Assembly (NCBI GenBank): GCA_963514005.1
Contig: OY740794.1
Location: forward strand, 15,686,001 to 15,750,000
DNA length: 64,000 nt
Direction: 5' to 3'
Origin: Raja brachyura
Lineage: Eukaryota
Every line of letters starts with the position of its first letter. Position 1 is the stretch's first letter. The notes beneath the pieces are model-generated. The model did no database searches. It had not been told where the DNA came from and saw only the letters and a list, made by a program, of their open reading frames with translations. The position numbers and the translations under genes are program-made. This document shows positions 63,946 to 64,000 of the stretch, one piece after another.

Positions 63946-64000
63946 GGCAGCCCAGGACCTTCTGGTGACCCAGGGTTTCCTGGTACCCCAGGTTTACCTG
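63946..64000 (+). CDS. COL4A3: Collagen IV exon 14 (runs to window end): GSPGPSGDPGFPGTPGLP
   Basis: ctttcttgaacAG acceptor followed by six Gly-X-Y triplets; donor not visible. Confidence 0.88.

Overview
Eukaryotic, repeat-rich vertebrate DNA, not a prokaryotic locus. The repeat families (HE1/V-SINE-like SINEs, HER1/CR1 LINEs, Penelope-like elements) point to a cartilaginous fish, probably a skate or ray (inference). The only host gene is a + strand type IV collagen of the alpha1/3/5 class, best fit COL4A3. Thirteen phase-0 GT-AG exons (equivalent to exons 2-14) lie between 41403 and 64000; the first ~41 kb appears to be its large intron 1. Most ORF-track entries are transposon fragments or noise. 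Highlights: (1) a ~1.5 kb Helitron-like element (38483-40001) that appears to carry a captured ALG13 exon 1 with its ATG and GTGAGT donor, co-oriented and in phase with collagen exon 2 about 2 kb downstream; (2) a DIRS1-type element (446-3331) with complete termini (ITRs, ICR, ATT junction core) but deleted, dead coding regions; (3) seven PIF/Harbinger-type MITEs sharing one 15-bp TIR, two of them in the same SINE site; (4) many Penelope-derived fold-back repeats carrying minimal hammerhead-ribozyme-like cores; (5) a second Helitron 3' end next to a 48-bp minisatellite; (6) bipartite RTE-derived short elements; (7) an invertebrate-like CR1 RT with an open ORF; (8) an unclassified 1 kb TIR element. 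Repeat boundaries are approximate unless termini are quoted. Comparisons with human proteins and exon sizes are from memory, not from a search.
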